Source: Variovorax sp.
GTDB taxonomy: Bacteria > Pseudomonadota > Gammaproteobacteria > Burkholderiales > Burkholderiaceae_C
Assembly: GCA_017744935.1 (NCBI GenBank)
Contig: JAGIAI010000008.1
Span: forward strand, 40,268-104,267
Length of the DNA stretch: 64,000 nucleotides
Direction: 5' to 3'
Shown here: positions 46,839 to 57,485 of the stretch, piece after piece
Numbering within the stretch: position 1 is the first letter of the stretch
Layout: each line of letters begins with the position of its first letter
Notes under the pieces: generated by a model
The model's database searches: none
The model's input: only the letters and a program-made list of their open reading frames with translations
What the model was told of the DNA's origin: nothing
Program-made: the position numbers and the translations under genes

Positions 46839-48716
46839 ATGAATAGATATCCGGTTTGGAAGTACGCGATCATCGTGATCGTGCTGCTGGTGGGGTTGAT
46901 CTACGCCCTGCCCAATTTCTTCGGCGAGGCGCCTGCGGTGCAGGTGTCGGCGGCCAAGTCGACCGTGAAGGTCGACGCTGGCACTCGCAATCGCGTCGAA
47001 GAAGCGCTCAAGGCCGCCGGATTGGCGCCTGACCTGCTGACGCTCGATGCCACCTCGGTTCGGGCGCGCTTCACCAATACCGATGACCAGCTCAAGGCAC
47101 GCGACGTGCTGCAGCACGCGCTGGTGCCGGACCCGAGCGATCCGCCCTATGTGGTGGCGCTCAACCTGCTGTCGCGCTCGCCGTCCTGGCTGACCGCGCT
47201 TCACGCCTTCCCGATGTACCTCGGCCTCGACCTGCGTGGCGGCGTCGACTTCCTCCTGCAGGTCGACATGCAGGGCGCCATGGACAAGCGCGCCGAATCC
47301 TTCGCGGGCGATATTCGCACGGGGCTGCGCGACAAGGGCGTGCGCGGCACGTCCGTGACGCGCGTCGGCCAGACCATCGAGGTGCGCTTCCGCGAAGCGG
47401 CGGGCCTGCAGGCAGGCAAAGCGCTGCTGCAGGACCAGTTCCCCGATCTCGTCGCAGTCGAAAGCCAGGAAGGCGCCGACTACAAGCTGACGGCGTCGAT
47501 CAAGCCGGAGGCCGCACGTCGGCTTCAAGACGCAGCGCTCAAGCAGAACATCACTACGCTGCACAACCGGATCAACGAACTCGGCGTGGCCGAACCAGTG
47601 ATTCAGCAGCAGGGTCTCGACCGCATCGTGGTGCAGCTGCCGGGCGTGCAGGACACTGCAAAGGCCAAGGACATCCTCGGCCGCACCGCGACGCTCGAGA
47701 TGCGCCTCGTCGACGAGAGCGCCGAAGGCCGCGCGGCCGAGCAGGGCACCGGCCCGGTGCCGTTCGGCTCCGAGAAATTCATCGATCGCCAGGGTCGCCC
47801 GGTGATCGTGAAGAAGCAGGTGCTGGTCACCGGCGAAAACCTCACCGACGCCCAACCCGGTTTCGACTCGCAGACGCAGCAGCCCAAGGTCGACCTGACC
47901 ATGGACGCCAAGGGCGGCCGCATCATGCGCGACGTCAGCCGCGAGAACCTGCATCGCCGCATGGCGATCCTGATCTTCGAAAAGGGCCGTGGCGAAGTGC
48001 TCACTGCACCGTCGATCAATGGCGAGCTGGGCAACCGCTTCCAGATCTCCGGCGCCATGAACGTCGTCGAGGCCAACGACCTCGCGCTGCTGCTGCGCGC
48101 AGGTTCGCTGGCCGCGCCGATGGAAATCATCCAGGAACGGACCATCGGCCCGAGCCTCGGTGCCGACAACATCCAGAAGGGCTTCAACAGCGTCATGTAC
48201 GGCTTCCTGGCCATCATGGTGTTCATGTGCATCTACTACGCGCTGTTCGGCCTGTTCTCGTCGATCGCGCTGGCGGTCAACCTGCTGCTGCTGGTGGCGA
48301 TCCTGTCGATGCTTCAGGCCACGCTGACCTTGCCGGGTATCGCGGCCATGGCGCTTGCCATCGGCGTCGCGATCGACTCGAACGTGCTGATCAACGAGCG
48401 TATCCGCGAAGAACTGCGGGGCGGCGCGTCGCCGCAAGCGGCCATCCACGCAGGTTACGACCGGGCCTGGAACACGATTCTGGACTCCAACGTGACCACC
48501 CTGATTGCCGGCATCGCGCTGCTGGCCTTTGGCTCCGGACCGATCCGGGGCTTCGCGGTGGTGCATTGCATCGGCATCGTGACCTCGATGTTCTCGGCCG
48601 TGTTCTTCTCGCGCGGCCTCGTCAATCTCTGGTACGGCAGCAAGAAGAAGCTCAAGACCCTGTCGATCGGCACCGTCTGGAAGCCGGCCAACCAGGCCGC
48701 CGCCGACGCGAAGTAA
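46839..48716 (+). CDS. secD: Protein translocase subunit SecD
   Basis: LGLDLRGG, RINELGVAEP, IGPSLG, DSNVLINERIREE. Confidence 0.97.
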   Translation: MNRYPVWKYAIIVIVLLVGLIYALPNFFGEAPAVQVSAAKSTVKVDAGTRNRVEEALKAAGLAPDLLTLDATSVRARFTNTDDQLKARDVLQHALVPDPSDPPYVVALNLLSRSPSWLTALHAFPMYLGLDLRGGVDFLLQVDMQGAMDKRAESFAGDIRTGLRDKGVRGTSVTRVGQTIEVRFREAAGLQAGKALLQDQFPDLVAVESQEGADYKLTASIKPEAARRLQDAALKQNITTLHNRINELGVAEPVIQQQGLDRIVVQLPGVQDTAKAKDILGRTATLEMRLVDESAEGRAAEQGTGPVPFGSEKFIDRQGRPVIVKKQVLVTGENLTDAQPGFDSQTQQPKVDLTMDAKGGRIMRDVSRENLHRRMAILIFEKGRGEVLTAPSINGELGNRFQISGAMNVVEANDLALLLRAGSLAAPMEIIQERTIGPSLGADNIQKGFNSVMYGFLAIMVFMCIYYALFGLFSSIALAVNLLLLVAILSMLQATLTLPGIAAMALAIGVAIDSNVLINERIREELRGGASPQAAIHAGYDRAWNTILDSNVTTLIAGIALLAFGSGPIRGFAVVHCIGIVTSMFSAVFFSRGLVNLWYGSKKKLKTLSIGTVWKPANQAAADAK

Positions 48717-48728
48717 GGGGCAGACCAA

Positions 48729-49682
48729 ATGGAATTCTTCCGTATCCACAGGACCATCCCGTTCATGCGCCACGCGCTGGTGCTGAACGCGGTGTCGGTC
48801 GTCACCTTCCTTCTCGCGGTGTTCTTCCTGTTCCATCGCGGGCTCCACCTATCCGTCGAGTTCACCGGCGGAACGGTCATGGAAGTGGCCTACGAGCAGC
48901 CGGTCGACATCGGCAAGGTTCGCGCAACCATCGGCAAGCTCGGCTACCAGGACGTGCTGGTGCAGAACTACGGCACGTCGCGCGACGTGCAGATCCGCCT
49001 GCCGGTGCAGAAGGGCCAGACGTCGGCCCAGCAGAGCGAGCAGGTGATGGTCGCGCTCAAGGCGGTCGATCCTTCAGCCACCTTGCGCGGCACCGAGTTC
49101 GTCGGTCCGCAGGTCGGCGAGGAACTGACCACCAACGGGCTCAAGGCGCTCGGCATGGTGGTGGTCGGCATCATGATCTACCTCGCATTCCGGTTCGAAT
49201 GGAAGTTTGCGCTGGCCACCGTGCTGGCCAACCTGCATGACGTGGTGATCATCCTGGGCTTCTTTGCCTTCTTCCAGTGGGAGTTCTCGCTGGCGGTGCT
49301 CGCAGCAGTGCTGGCGGTGCTGGGCTACTCGGTGAATGAATCGGTCGTGATCTTCGACCGGGTGCGCGAGAACTTCCGGCGCTATCGCAAGATGACCACG
49401 CGCGAAGTCATCGACAACGCGATCACCTCGACCATCAGCCGGACCATCATCACGCACGGCTCGACCCAGCTCGTGGTGTTGTCGATGTTCTTCTTCGGCG
49501 GCCCGACGCTGCACTACTTCGCGCTGGCGCTGACCATCGGCATTCTTTTCGGCATCTACTCCTCGGCCTTCGTGGCCGCGGCCATCGCGATGTGGCTGGG
49601 AGTGAAGCGCGAAGATCTGGTCAAGGGGCCGGTCAAGCGCGAGGGCGATCCGGATGATCCGAACGCGGGAGCGACCGTCTGA
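48729..49682 (+). CDS. secF: Protein translocase subunit SecF
   Basis: VEFTGG, VGPQVG, HDV, GYSVNESVVIFDRVREN. Confidence 0.97.
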   Translation: MEFFRIHRTIPFMRHALVLNAVSVVTFLLAVFFLFHRGLHLSVEFTGGTVMEVAYEQPVDIGKVRATIGKLGYQDVLVQNYGTSRDVQIRLPVQKGQTSAQQSEQVMVALKAVDPSATLRGTEFVGPQVGEELTTNGLKALGMVVVGIMIYLAFRFEWKFALATVLANLHDVVIILGFFAFFQWEFSLAVLAAVLAVLGYSVNESVVIFDRVRENFRRYRKMTTREVIDNAITSTISRTIITHGSTQLVVLSMFFFGGPTLHYFALALTIGILFGIYSSAFVAAAIAMWLGVKREDLVKGPVKREGDPDDPNAGATV

Positions 49683-49813
49683 ACATGAAACATAGGCGTG
49701 GCGCGGCCGTGGTGTTGGGGTTGCCGAGCATTGCCGGCTCTTGTGCGGTAGCGCTTCCCGATGCAAGCTCGTGAATGTCGAATAATTAGATACACGTCCT
49801 GAATTCCCCTTCC

Positions 49814-52213
49814 ATGCCCGCGCGGTCCCATGCCTCTTCCCTCCAGATCTCCCGTGAGACGCGCGAGCGTTTCGTCGCCGCCACCGAGGCGGTGATCGAG
49901 CCGGTGGCCCATGCGATCAGCGAACGGCTGGTGGCGCTGGCCTCGCAAACCGGCAACGCGCGGGACATGCAGGAAAACCGGGACGGTTTCCTGGCGTTCC
50001 AGTCGCACGGGGCCGCCTAGGTCGCTCATTCGCGCGAGGCGTGGCGCAAAGCGCTGGCCAGCAGTTCATCGGGTGGGTCGTCTTCCAATTCGCTGCGCCT
50101 CGAACTGATCGGCGACGAGGTTGTGGAGACGAACATCGTGTCGTCGCGGCTTGCACAGTCCATCCAGGACAAGGCCAGCTTCGAGCTCAACGACCTTCGA
50201 CTGCGCATCCAGCATCTCGATGGGACGAGCGAACTCGACGCGAAGGACGTCCTCAAACCCGAGGCTTTCGCGAAGGTGCTCGTCGACCAGTGGCTCGCCA
50301 ATGGGTTGAGCCTGGGGCTCTGGACCAGGATCCAGGACCAGATGCAGACGCATATGGTCGATGCGATGGTGAAGGCCTACAAGGACGCCAACGCATACCT
50401 GATCAGCCGGGACGTGATGCCGGAGATCGACCTCAAGAGCTTCGTGCGCCGCACCGGTTCGGTGAACTCAAGTTCCGCGGCGCTTGGCGGCAGCTTCGCC
50501 GCCTCTCATGCATCGGGAAGCGCATCGTTGGGCGTGACCGCGCAAGTGCCGCAGGGCGGCGGCGGCCGCGGTGGCTATGCCCTGCCGGCGGGCAGCTTCG
50601 CGCCGGCCGCGATCGGCGTTGGCATGGGGCGGGGCGGTGCGGCCATGACGGCCGGTGACTCGATGAGCGGCGCGGGCGGCTCGCCGCTGCTCGTTGCTCG
50701 CCAGCGGGCCCAGGGTGTCCTGCTCAATCTCAAGCGCTTCGTGACGGCGCGCATCGGCGGCGACATCACGCAGCATCGGCCGGCAGTCGGCGCTGGCGAT
50801 GGGGCGGGCGGCCCGGCCGGCGTGGCAGGAGCGCCGGCCTTTGCTGCCGCGATCGCCGATGCAGAAGTGGCCTACCAGGCCGCCGCGTCGCAGTATGTCG
50901 TGGGCGACGAGGCGACAGCCGTGCTCCAGGCCACCGTGGACCTCCGGCGGCGCAGTGCAGAGCTCAAGAAAAGGGCGCCGACCACGGCCGACAAGGCCAC
51001 CGTCGAGATCGTGGCCCTGATGTTCCAGGCGATCCTCGCGGAGGAGCGCATCCCGTTTTCGGCGCGCGTGTGGTTCGCGCGCCTGCAAATGCCGGTGCTG
51101 CGCGTGGCGATCGCCGAGCCTGAATTCTTCGGCACCCTGCAGCACCCGGCGCGCATGCTGATCGACCGTATGGGTTCCTGCGTGATGGGCTTCGATGCCG
51201 CGGCCATTTCGGGCAGTGCGCTCGAAGGCGAGATCCGCCGCGTCGTGCAGGTGATCGAGCAATACCCGGAAACCGGCCAGCGCGTGTTCAAGCTGGTGTT
51301 CGATGAATTCGTCGCCTTCCTCAACAAGTACCTCACGCAAAGCGACACCGCCCAAAAGGTGATGAGCGTTGCGCAGCAGGTCGAGCAGAAGGAAACGATG
51401 GCGATCCAGTACACCATCGAGTTGCGCAAGATGCTCAACGACATGCCGGTGCGCGAGGAAATCCGTGAGTTCCTCTTCAAGGTCTGGGCCGAGGTACTGG
51501 CTATCGCCGCGCTGCGCTACGGGCCGCAGGACGAGCAGACCGTGATGCTGAAGCGATCTGCTTCGGACCTCGTCTGGGCCGCGAGCGCCAAGCCGAACCG
51601 CAACGACCGCACCCGCGTGATCCAGGATCTTCCCAAGCTACTCCAGCGGCTGCGTCAGGGCATGACGCTGCTGGGCATCGTCGGTGACGCGCAGGAGCAG
51701 CACATCAAGACCATCGGTGCGACCTTGTCCGATGCGTTCATGTCGAAGACCGAAGCGATTCCGCAGGCCAAGATCGAGGCGATGGCGAAACGCCTCGCCA
51801 ATCTCGAAGATTTCGTGTCCGACGAGGGCACGATGGACGTGCCGCTCGACGCCGCCAGCATCGAGCTCCTGCTTGGCGTCGATGCCGCCTCGATCGAGGT
51901 GGTGCCCGATACCGGCACCAAGGTCGGCGAAGACATGCTGGCCTGGGCGCATGAACTGCAGGTGGGTAACTGGTTCATGCTGGACCACAACGACCGGGTG
52001 AGCCAAGTCCAGTTCGTGTGGCGCAGCGAACGCAAGCAGCTCCATCTGTTTGCATCGACAGACGGGCGCAGCTTCCTGATCCAGGTGGGCCGCCTGGCGT
52101 CCTACTTGCAGGCCGGCTTGCTGGTGCCCGCCGAAGAAGAAACCCTTACCGTTCGCGCAACCCGCGAGGCCCTCGCTAAGCTCGACGCCAACCCCGAACG
52201 CCTGCTGAATTAG
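49814..52213 (+). pseudogene. DUF1631-family protein interrupted by an in-frame TAG at 50018-50020
   Basis: ORFs 49814-50020 and 50123-52213 are in the same frame, separated by one TAG; IVALMFQAIL, LQMPVLRVA..EPEFF...HPAR motifs. Confidence 0.8.
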
Positions 52214-52217
52214 CTCG

Positions 52218-52307
52218 CCCTCCAGCCTCGCTCACTGCGTGTGCTCGGGCACCCCCTACCGGGGGCAACACCGGCGGCCCGGCGAAGCCGGTTCCGCGGT
52301 GTTTCAC
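52218..52307 (+). repeat. Dispersed multi-hairpin intergenic repeat, copy 3
   Basis: CCAGCCTCGC...GCTCGGGCA-CCCCC-tacc-GGGGG-C-AACACC-GGCGGCCCGGCGAAGCCGGTTCCGC-GGTGTT; near-identical to copy 2. Confidence 0.85.
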
Positions 52308-52380
52308 TGACGGGCCTGGCTGCGCCGGCCGGCCTCTGGGTGTTTGCGGTTAGCGACGTGGTAAGACGCCGGGCGCGGCC

Positions 52381-52896
52381 TCAATGCGCTATCCGCGTGT
52401 CGCTGTCGTCGCAGAGCTCATCGAGCACCAGCGCATCGGGCTCGAGCCCCGTGGACCAGTGCACCATCAGAACGATGATCTTGAGTTCGTCGATCGTCAG
52501 CGGCTCGCCGGACGTGGCCATGGCGCGCTCGACCACGATCTCGCGCATACCCGTCGGCAGCACGCCGGAGGATTCGAGGAAGCTGATGAAGCCCAGGCAC
52601 TCCGCGCCGATGTGTTCCTGCTCGGCGTTCGAGTAAACGCGGATCGAGTTGGGTGATTGGGGAACGACCTCGTCGCGGCGGCTGCGAATGCTCACCGTGG
52701 CCGTCGTCTCGTCCGCATGGCGAATGAGCTGGATACCCTGGGTGGCGAGGCTGAGGCCGTCGAGCCAGTGCAGCGCTTCGCGGATTTCATCCGCATCGAA
52801 GCCCTGCGCGCTGAGCTTTCGGCCCAACTGTTCGGGTGCGGGACATGCATCGCCGCGCCAATAGTTTTCGTAGACAAAAACAAGCACTTCGAACAT
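52381..52896 (-). CDS. smg: Smg/DUF494 family protein
   Basis: MFEVLVFVYENY...GF...EI..AL.WL; downstream of dprA. Confidence 0.9.
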   Translation of the reverse strand: MFEVLVFVYENYWRGDACPAPEQLGRKLSAQGFDADEIREALHWLDGLSLATQGIQLIRHADETTATVSIRSRRDEVVPQSPNSIRVYSNAEQEHIGAECLGFISFLESSGVLPTGMREIVVERAMATSGEPLTIDELKIIVLMVHWSTGLEPDALVLDELCDDSDTRIAH

Positions 52897-52974
52897 GGGC
52901 TCAATATAGCCCAGTCAAGATGCCATGCTGCGGCAGTTGCGCGAAGACCACGATGTTTTGTGTGAAGGACTGGT

Positions 52975-54114
52975 TCACCCGCGCGCCACACGCTGAAACA
53001 GGCCACCCGGGAGTCTTGCCACGCGGCCATCCAGTTCGAGTTCGAGCAAGCGCGCCTGCAGTTCGGCAGCGCCGTAGCCTGTGCGGGCGCAGAGCGAATC
53101 GAGACTCACCGGGTCGAAGCCGAGATCGGCAAGGAGGCCCGATTCGGCGGTCGTGGCCGCCTCGGTCTGTTCGATCCGCGCATCGGCGGAGGCCGGCGTG
53201 TCGAATCGCAATTCTTCGAGCACGTCGCCAACCGACTCGACGAGCTTTGCGCCTTGGCGGATCAGCGAATGACAGCCACGCGATTGCGGCGAATGGATGG
53301 AGCCCGGGATTGCGAAAACCTCTCGGCCCTGTTCCGCGGCAAGGCGGGCTGTGATCAACGAGCCCGAGCGGAGCGCGGCCTCCACGACCAGCGTGCCACG
53401 GGACAGCCCCGCAATGATGCGGTTGCGCTGTGGGAAGTTCTGGGTGAGCGGCGGCGTGCCGAGCGGATACTCGCTCACGATCAGGCCACGGGCTGCAATG
53501 CGATGCGCAAGCTCGCGATGGCGCGCAGGGTAGACGCGGTCGAGTCCGGTTCCGACCACCGCCACGGTCACGAGCCGGTCCCCACCACCGCCTGCTTCGA
53601 GTGCCCCGTCGTGTGCCGCCCCGTCGACACCCAATGCAAGACCGGACACCACCGCGATGCCGGCTTCCCCGAACGCGCGAGCGAATGCCCGCGCGGTCTG
53701 CTCGCCTTGTGCAGTGGGGTTGCGGCTGCCGACCATCGCGATGCTGCGGTCAAGTTGCGTCAGGTCGAACGACGGAGCACCGAGCAGGTAGAGCATCAGC
53801 GGTGGGTCCGCCGTCTCGAGCAGCGAAGCTGGATAGCCCGGGTCGCCCAGTGTCACGATACGCCGGGTCGCGCCATCGGCTCCGGTGCCTTGCAGCCAGT
53901 CAAGCGTGCACCGGATCTGTTCTTTGAAATCCCGGGGGAGTTGTTGCAGCGCGTGCGCCTGCGCATCTGTCACGACCTGCAGGAGTGCGTCCCGCGATTG
54001 CGTGAAAACCTGCGAAGGCAGTCCGAACGCCGCCAGCAGCTTGCGGCCGGTGGCGTTGCCGATGCCCGGTGTCAGCGCAAGACGCAGCCAGTCTGCGAGA
54101 TCCTCGCGTCCCAC
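52975..54114 (-). CDS. dprA: DNA-processing protein DprA
   Basis: VGSR, VSGLALGVDG.AH, FPQRNRIIAG, VEAA..SGSLITA, PGSI. Confidence 0.96.
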   Translation of the reverse strand: MGREDLADWLRLALTPGIGNATGRKLLAAFGLPSQVFTQSRDALLQVVTDAQAHALQQLPRDFKEQIRCTLDWLQGTGADGATRRIVTLGDPGYPASLLETADPPLMLYLLGAPSFDLTQLDRSIAMVGSRNPTAQGEQTARAFARAFGEAGIAVVSGLALGVDGAAHDGALEAGGGGDRLVTVAVVGTGLDRVYPARHRELAHRIAARGLIVSEYPLGTPPLTQNFPQRNRIIAGLSRGTLVVEAALRSGSLITARLAAEQGREVFAIPGSIHSPQSRGCHSLIRQGAKLVESVGDVLEELRFDTPASADARIEQTEAATTAESGLLADLGFDPVSLDSLCARTGYGAAELQARLLELELDGRVARLPGGLFQRVARG

Positions 54115-54132
54115 TCGAAAACGATCGCCGCT

Positions 54133-55344
54133 TCAGGGATTGACGAGCAGGTCGCCAATGCGCGGCGTGTCGTTGATCTCCAGCACGAGGGCATAGGAAA
54201 CCTTCTCGAACGGACGGAACACCATCAGCAGGCCGATGCGCTCGTTCGGCAGCTTCAGCGTTTCCTTGCCGGCGCCGGTCTTGTCGACGATGGTTTCGCC
54301 ATTCTTGAGGATTGCCAGCACGTGTCCGGGCTCGATGCCGTCGCGCAGGCCCTTGTTGATCGCCACCACCTGGTTTTGCGCGGCGAACTGCACCGCGTTG
54401 CCGTAGACGGAGACGATGCGGCCTTCGATTGGTTGCTGCGGAGCGCGGGGTGCGTAGCTCAGGAGCTGGCGCGGGGGCTCCGGCAGCAGGCGGTCGCCAG
54501 CGCGCATTTCCTCACGCGCGGCAATGATGTCGATGGTGGCCGGCACGACGTTGACAACTTCTTTGCCGTCGACCATTTCGCTCAAGGTCGATTCGCCGCG
54601 CTGCAACTGGGCCTTGCCGAGGTACTGGGCTTCGTAGCCGAGGATCTCGCCGGTGCCCGGGTCTTTCAGCGGCGTGGCGTCGCGGAAGATTCGGAAAGTC
54701 TGGATGGGGCCGGCCGCCTCGACGAGCGGCGAATTGACGTCGCCGCGCGCATAGGCGCGATCGCCACGGGAGAGCAGGACGCGGCTGTCGTTGCCAGCCA
54801 CGATCCGTGGCGCGGTGGCGAGCGTGTTGTCGTCCACCACCACCGGCTCCGCGAGGAAAGGTTCGATGAGCCCCGGGTTGAGTGTCGGCAGCGCCATGCC
54901 GGACAGCGACTCATAGCGTGTGCGCGGCGACAGCTTGATGGTGCCATCGGGTGCGCCGGAGCCGCGACGGGTGCTCAGGCGGGCACGGCCGCCGGTCTTG
55001 TCCAGATAGAGCACCTGGCCGGGATAGATCCGGTGCGGATTGGAGATCTCGCTGATGTTCATGCCCCACAGTTCGGGCCAGCGCCACGGGCTGCGGAGAT
55101 AGAGGCGGGAGATGGCCCACAGGGTGTCGCCGGGCTTGACCGTGTATTCGTCGGGCGCGTTCGGCGCCAGTTCGCTGACGGGAATGCCGGCCTGCGCCGT
55201 CTGCTGGGCGGTGGCGCGCTGTTGGGGGGTGACGGGGTAGTTTTGTGCGGATGCCGTCGTACCTGCGAGGCCAGCCACGGCAAGGGCCGCCAGCGTGGCG
55301 ACGAAGCGGGGACGCAGATGGTCGTTGGTTCGGAATTTATTCAT
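54133..55344 (-). CDS. LysM peptidoglycan-binding protein (TsaP-like)
   Basis: Signal peptide, YTVKPGDTLWAIS...PWRWPELW...NPHRIYPGQ; conserved position between def and dprA. Confidence 0.9.
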   Translation of the reverse strand: MNKFRTNDHLRPRFVATLAALAVAGLAGTTASAQNYPVTPQQRATAQQTAQAGIPVSELAPNAPDEYTVKPGDTLWAISRLYLRSPWRWPELWGMNISEISNPHRIYPGQVLYLDKTGGRARLSTRRGSGAPDGTIKLSPRTRYESLSGMALPTLNPGLIEPFLAEPVVVDDNTLATAPRIVAGNDSRVLLSRGDRAYARGDVNSPLVEAAGPIQTFRIFRDATPLKDPGTGEILGYEAQYLGKAQLQRGESTLSEMVDGKEVVNVVPATIDIIAAREEMRAGDRLLPEPPRQLLSYAPRAPQQPIEGRIVSVYGNAVQFAAQNQVVAINKGLRDGIEPGHVLAILKNGETIVDKTGAGKETLKLPNERIGLLMVFRPFEKVSYALVLEINDTPRIGDLLVNP

Positions 55345-55504
55345 GGTTGATGGTGTGCACACACTGCGCCACGCAGAACGTACGAATCCTCACAATTTGC
55401 TACGAATTTTGCGCTGAAGCCCCAGATCGGGCAATGTAAATCCCGCCAGCTGCCCCGAGCCGTCGCGGAAATGGCGAAAATAGCGACAACTTTTCCCCGC
55501 TTTC

Positions 55505-56038
55505 ATGTCAAAACGAACCATTTTGAGTTACCCGGACGCCCGCCTGCATACGGTGGCCAAACCGGTGCAGGGCGTCGATGCGCGCATCAAGACACTGGTC
55601 GCCGACATGCTCGAGACCATGTACGACGCCAATGGCATCGGGCTTGCCGCCACGCAGATCGACGTGCATGAACGTCTGGTCGTCATCGATGTATCCGAAG
55701 AACGCAATGAGCCGCTGGTGCTCATCAATCCGGAGATTGTGTGGGCGAGCGACGAAAAGGTGGTCAATGAAGAAGGCTGCCTTTCAGTGCCCGGCATCTA
55801 TGACGGTGTGGAGCGCTCCACCTCCGTGCGCGTGACGGCGCTTGACGCTGAAGGCGAGTTGCAGACCATCGAGGCCGAAGGCCTGCTCGCCGTCTGTATC
55901 CAGCATGAGCTCGATCACCTTCTGGGGAAGGTCTTCGTCGAGTACCTCTCGCCGCTGAAGCGCAACCGCATCAAGAGCAAGTTGCTCAAGCAGCAGCGCG
56001 AAGAACAGAAACTCGATCAGCGCGAAGGGCGTCGGTGA
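55505..56038 (+). CDS. def: Peptide deformylase
   Basis: [20 protein letters not shown]. Confidence 0.97.
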   Translation: MSKRTILSYPDARLHTVAKPVQGVDARIKTLVADMLETMYDANGIGLAATQIDVHERLVVIDVSEERNEPLVLINPEIVWASDEKVVNEEGCLSVPGIYDGVERSTSVRVTALDAEGELQTIEAEGLLAVCIQHELDHLLGKVFVEYLSPLKRNRIKSKLLKQQREEQKLDQREGRR

Positions 56039-56040
56039 AC

Positions 56041-56529
56041 ATGAAGCGCTCGTGGCTCGCGGCCGTTGTCGTGGCGTCCGCCTTGGTGGGTTGTGCCAGC
56101 GAGCCGACGCGCCTGCCGCTCGGCACGACGCGTGATCAGGCGCTTTCGCAACTCGGCACGCCAACAGCGACCTATCCGCTGCCCAACGGCGGTCAGCGGC
56201 TCCAGTATTCCCGCGCGCCGATGGGCTTCGAGGTCTCGAACATCGACGTCGATGCGAGCGGCCACGTGGTCTCCATCCGCCAGGAACTCTTCGAGGGCCT
56301 CTTCGACAGCACCATCAAGCCCGGCGTCTGGCGCGTCGACGATGTGCTGCGTACCTATGGTCGTCCTTATGAGATCACGCGTGTGACCTTCTTCAATGGC
56401 GACGTCTGGTCCTGGCGCTACAAGTCCATGAATGCACGTCGCCTGCTCTATATCTATGTGAGGCCGGACGGCGTGGTGGACCACTACAACACCGGCGACG
56501 ACCTGAACGTGTTCCTCATCAACCGGTGA
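56041..56529 (+). CDS. Hypothetical lipoprotein with two BamE/SmpA-like repeats
   Basis: Lipobox LVGC; two 'LGTP/YGRP...' units; abuts both def and fmt. Confidence 0.7.
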   Translation: MKRSWLAAVVVASALVGCASEPTRLPLGTTRDQALSQLGTPTATYPLPNGGQRLQYSRAPMGFEVSNIDVDASGHVVSIRQELFEGLFDSTIKPGVWRVDDVLRTYGRPYEITRVTFFNGDVWSWRYKSMNARRLLYIYVRPDGVVDHYNTGDDLNVFLINR

Positions 56530-56534
56530 GCGCC

Positions 56535-57485
56535 ATGAAGGTTGCGTTCGCGGGTACGCCCGAGTTTGCCCGCGTCGCGCTGGAGGCCATTGCCGCCGCC
56601 GGCCACGAGATCGTTCTCACGCTGACCCAGCCCGACCGTCCGGCGGGCCGCGGCATGAAGCTGCAGGCTTCGCCGGTGAAGCAGTTCGCGGTATCGCATG
56701 GCTGGCCGGTGATCCAGCCGCGAAGCCTGCGACTGGACGGCAAGTACCCCGACGATGCCGAAGCCGCACGGGTCGCGATCGCGGAATCGAAGGCCGAGGT
56801 CATGGTGGTGGCCGCCTACGGTTTGATCCTTCCGCAGTGGGTGCTCGATGCTCCGCGGCTCGGCTGCCTCAACATCCATGCGAGCCTGCTGCCGAGATGG
56901 CGCGGGGCAGCGCCGATTCATCGCGCGATCGAAGCGGGTGATGCCGAGACCGGCATCACCATCATGCAGATGGACGCCGGCCTCGACACCGGCGACATGC
57001 TGCTGCGCGAGGCCGTTCCGATCGGCGACGACAACACCGCCCGACTGCATGACCGGCTCGCCGCACTCGGCGGCCGCATGATCGTCGATGCGCTGAAGCA
57101 GGCGGAGTCCGGCGCGCTCCGCGCGGTTCCGCAGCCCGCAGAAGGCGTGACCTATGCGCACAAGGTCGAGAAGGCCGAGGCACAGGTGGACTGGTCGCAG
57201 AGCGCCGAGGCGATCGTGCGCCGCATCCGCGCGTTCGATCCGTTCCCTGGAGCGAGCAGCACGCTCGACGGCGAAACCATCAAGCTCTGGGCTGCACAGA
57301 CCCGCGACCAAGCGTCCTCCGAGGCCGCCGGCACGGTGCTCGCCGCGGGGCCCGAGGGCGTCGCCGTTGCGGCCGATGGCTCGACCGTCGTCGTTACCGA
57401 ACTCCAGCGCGCGGGCGGCAAGCGCCTGCCGGTGGCCGATTTCCTGCGAGGCTTCGACGTGAAGCCCGGACAGGTCTTCGGCTGA
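56535..57485 (+). CDS. fmt: Methionyl-tRNA formyltransferase
   Basis: [41 protein letters not shown]. Confidence 0.97.
   Translation: MKVAFAGTPEFARVALEAIAAAGHEIVLTLTQPDRPAGRGMKLQASPVKQFAVSHGWPVIQPRSLRLDGKYPDDAEAARVAIAESKAEVMVVAAYGLILPQWVLDAPRLGCLNIHASLLPRWRGAAPIHRAIEAGDAETGITIMQMDAGLDTGDMLLREAVPIGDDNTARLHDRLAALGGRMIVDALKQAESGALRAVPQPAEGVTYAHKVEKAEAQVDWSQSAEAIVRRIRAFDPFPGASSTLDGETIKLWAAQTRDQASSEAAGTVLAAGPEGVAVAADGSTVVVTELQRAGGKRLPVADFLRGFDVKPGQVFG

Noticed and set aside
50018-50020. Pyrrolysine or programmed amber recoding
   Set aside because: No pyl genes in the window and TAG terminates other genes normally; a point mutation or error is more parsimonious.
5605-52307. Dispersed repeat as a CRISPR array or IS ends
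   Set aside because: Copies are kilobases apart with no spacer periodicity, cas gene or transposase.
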